From assembly GCA_963743525.1 (NCBI GenBank), contig CAVUQH010000004.1, positions 96,001-160,000 on the forward strand: a stretch of DNA of 64,000 bases. The letters run 5' to 3'. The position numbers and the translations under genes are program-made. The notes beneath the pieces are model-generated. The model searched no databases. It had not been told where the DNA came from and worked only from the letters and a program-made list of their open reading frames with translations. Positions 62,401 to 64,000 of the stretch are shown in pieces; within the stretch, counting starts at the first letter, position 1, and every line of letters starts with the position of its first letter. Origin of the DNA: an uncultured delta proteobacterium. Lineage in GTDB: Bacteria > Myxococcota_A > Polyangia > Haliangiales > Haliangiaceae.

Positions 62401-63355
62401 ATGCGCACCGCCCCTCTCGCGGCCATCCTGTGCGCCGGCCTGCTGGCCGGCTGTTCCAAGGGCAACGCGTTCAACCGCTGACGACCAGCGCACCGCCGGC
62501 CCGGCGGCGGCCGGCGAGCAGCGGCCTCCCGAAGCGACCGGACCGCTGCGCGTCGGCGTGACCCTGCACCCGTACTACTCGTGGGCGAAGAACATCGCCG
62601 GTGACCTGCCGGACGTGACCATCGTGCCGATCCTGCCCGGCGAGACCGACGCCGGGGCGTACCAACCGTCAACCGACGACATCGCCAAGCTCGCGCACCT
62701 GGACGCCGCGATCATCAACGGCATCGGCCACGACGACTTCATCCGCTCGATGATCGACGCCTCGGGCAACAAGAAGCTGACCCTCATCGAGGTCAACAAA
62801 GAGACCCCGTTGCTGCCCTCGGCCCACGGCGACGCGCCCAATTCGCACACCTTCATCTCGTTCACCAACGCGATCCAGCAGACCCGCCTGATCGCCAAAC
62901 GGATGGCCGCGCTGCGCCCCGCCCACGCGGCGGTGTTCGAACGCAACGCCGCCGCCTACGCCGACAAGCTGCGCAAGATCCAGGCCGCGGCTGCGGCCCA
63001 GCTGGCCAACGCCAAGATCAAGCGGGTGATCACCGTGCACGACGGCTACAGCTACCTGTTGCAGGAGATGGGCATCGAGCTGGCCGGCGTGGTCGAGCCG
63101 GCCCACGGCCTGGTGCCGTCGGCCAAAGAGCTGGGCGAGCTGATCGACCTGGCCAAGAAGGAGCACATCCAGGTCATCCTCAGCGAGGAGAGCTTCCCGC
63201 ACAAGCTGCTCGACACGCTGGCCAACGAGACCGGCGCCAAGGTCTACATCATCAGCCACATCGCCGTCGGCAACTACTCGGCCGACGAGTTCGAGAACGG
63301 CATGCAGAAGAACGTCAACACGCTGGTCAAGGCGCTGGTGACCGACCCGAGCTGA
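62401..63355 (+). CDS. Metal (Zn/Mn) ABC transporter substrate-binding lipoprotein, frameshifted at ~62470
   Basis: ATG 62401 gives MRTAPLAAILCAGLLAGCSKG; removing one T at 62470-62471 joins it to the TroA/ZnuA-like frame (NGIGHD, NSHTF, HDGYSYL, PSAKEL). Confidence 0.88.
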
Positions 63356-63358
63356 GCC

Positions 63359-64000
63359 ATGGACACGGCGCGCGTCCTGGAGATGACCGACGTCTCGGTC
63401 CGGCGCGGCAACCGCACCGTGCTCGAGCAGGTGTCGTTGCGCGCCGACGCCGGGCGGATCCACGTTGTCGTCGGCCCCAACGGGGCGGGCAAGAGCACCC
63501 TGATTTCGGCCATCCTCGGCGAGACGCCGTTCGAAGGATCGATCGAGCTGTGCTTCCGCGGCACCGGTCGCATCGGCTACGTGCCGCAGAGCTTCGCCGC
63601 CGACCGCACCCTGCCGATCACCGTGGCCGAGTTCCTCGCCCTGCCCCGCCAGCGCTGGCCGGTGTGCATGGGCATCACCGCCGCGGCTCGCACGCGGGTG
63701 GCGGCGCTGCTCGAGCGGGTCAACCTGGCCGGCATGGAGCGACGGCGCATGGGCGAGCTGTCGGGCGGCGAGCTCCGCCGGGTGCTGATCGCCAACGCTC
63801 TGGATCCGGCCCCCGAGCTGCTGCTGTGCGACGAGCCGGCAGCCGGCCTCGACCCCGAGGCGGTTGAGCGGCTCGATCGCTTGCTGTGCAGCCTGCGCGA
63901 CGACGACCAGACCGCCATCGTCGTGGTCTCGCACGACCCCGCCCAGGTGCGGCGCATCGCCGACCACGTCACCCTGCTCGACCTGTCGGTGCGGCGGAGC
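63359..64000 (+). CDS. Metal ABC transporter ATP-binding protein (runs off the window end)
   Basis: Manual translation: GPNGAGKST, IGYVPQ, LSGGE, LLLCDEP, VSHD. Confidence 0.92.
   Translation, partial: MDTARVLEMTDVSVRRGNRTVLEQVSLRADAGRIHVVVGPNGAGKSTLISAILGETPFEGSIELCFRGTGRIGYVPQSFAADRTLPITVAEFLALPRQRWPVCMGITAAARTRVAALLERVNLAGMERRRMGELSGGELRRVLIANALDPAPELLLCDEPAAGLDPEAVERLDRLLCSLRDDDQTAIVVVSHDPAQVRRIADHVTLLDLSVRRS

Noticed and set aside
10455..62471. Programmed ribosomal frameshifting at the split genes
   Set aside because: No slippery heptamers or shared stimulatory structures, and the gene families are unrelated; sequencing indels are more parsimonious.

Overview
High-GC chromosomal segment that looks myxobacterial (MYXO-CTERM protein, many lipoproteins with 'PDAG/DAG' linkers, four Hanks-type kinases, a PEGA/TPR module). 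The Haliangiales/Polyangia-like placement is my inference. It holds about 50 genes and I see no rRNA, tRNA, CRISPR array or mobile element. Recognisable blocks: an aldehyde dehydrogenase-DUF779 pair with a divergent AcoR-like sigma54 activator; a signalling stretch (STAND regulator, kinases, adenylate cyclase); a TetR/copper-monooxygenase pair with tandem palindromic operators; an AraC-linked acyl-CoA catabolic operon; recQ; and the start of a metal ABC transporter. At least five genes carry small frameshifts, mostly one extra base in a short homopolymer, probably assembly errors. Most unusual: (1) a lipoprotein made only of the two periplasmic halves of an AcrB-type RND pump with all transmembrane helices absent; (2) a J-domain-PilZ-Hsp70 ATPase fusion lacking the substrate-binding domain; (3) an orphan lipoprotein fusing a secretin N0-like domain to a GspC-type PDZ domain; (4) about ten sigma54 -24/-12 motifs, several placed so transcription would start essentially at the start codon, plus many TAnnnT-N6-8-start leaderless signatures. 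All domain calls come from motif recognition by eye, not database searches.
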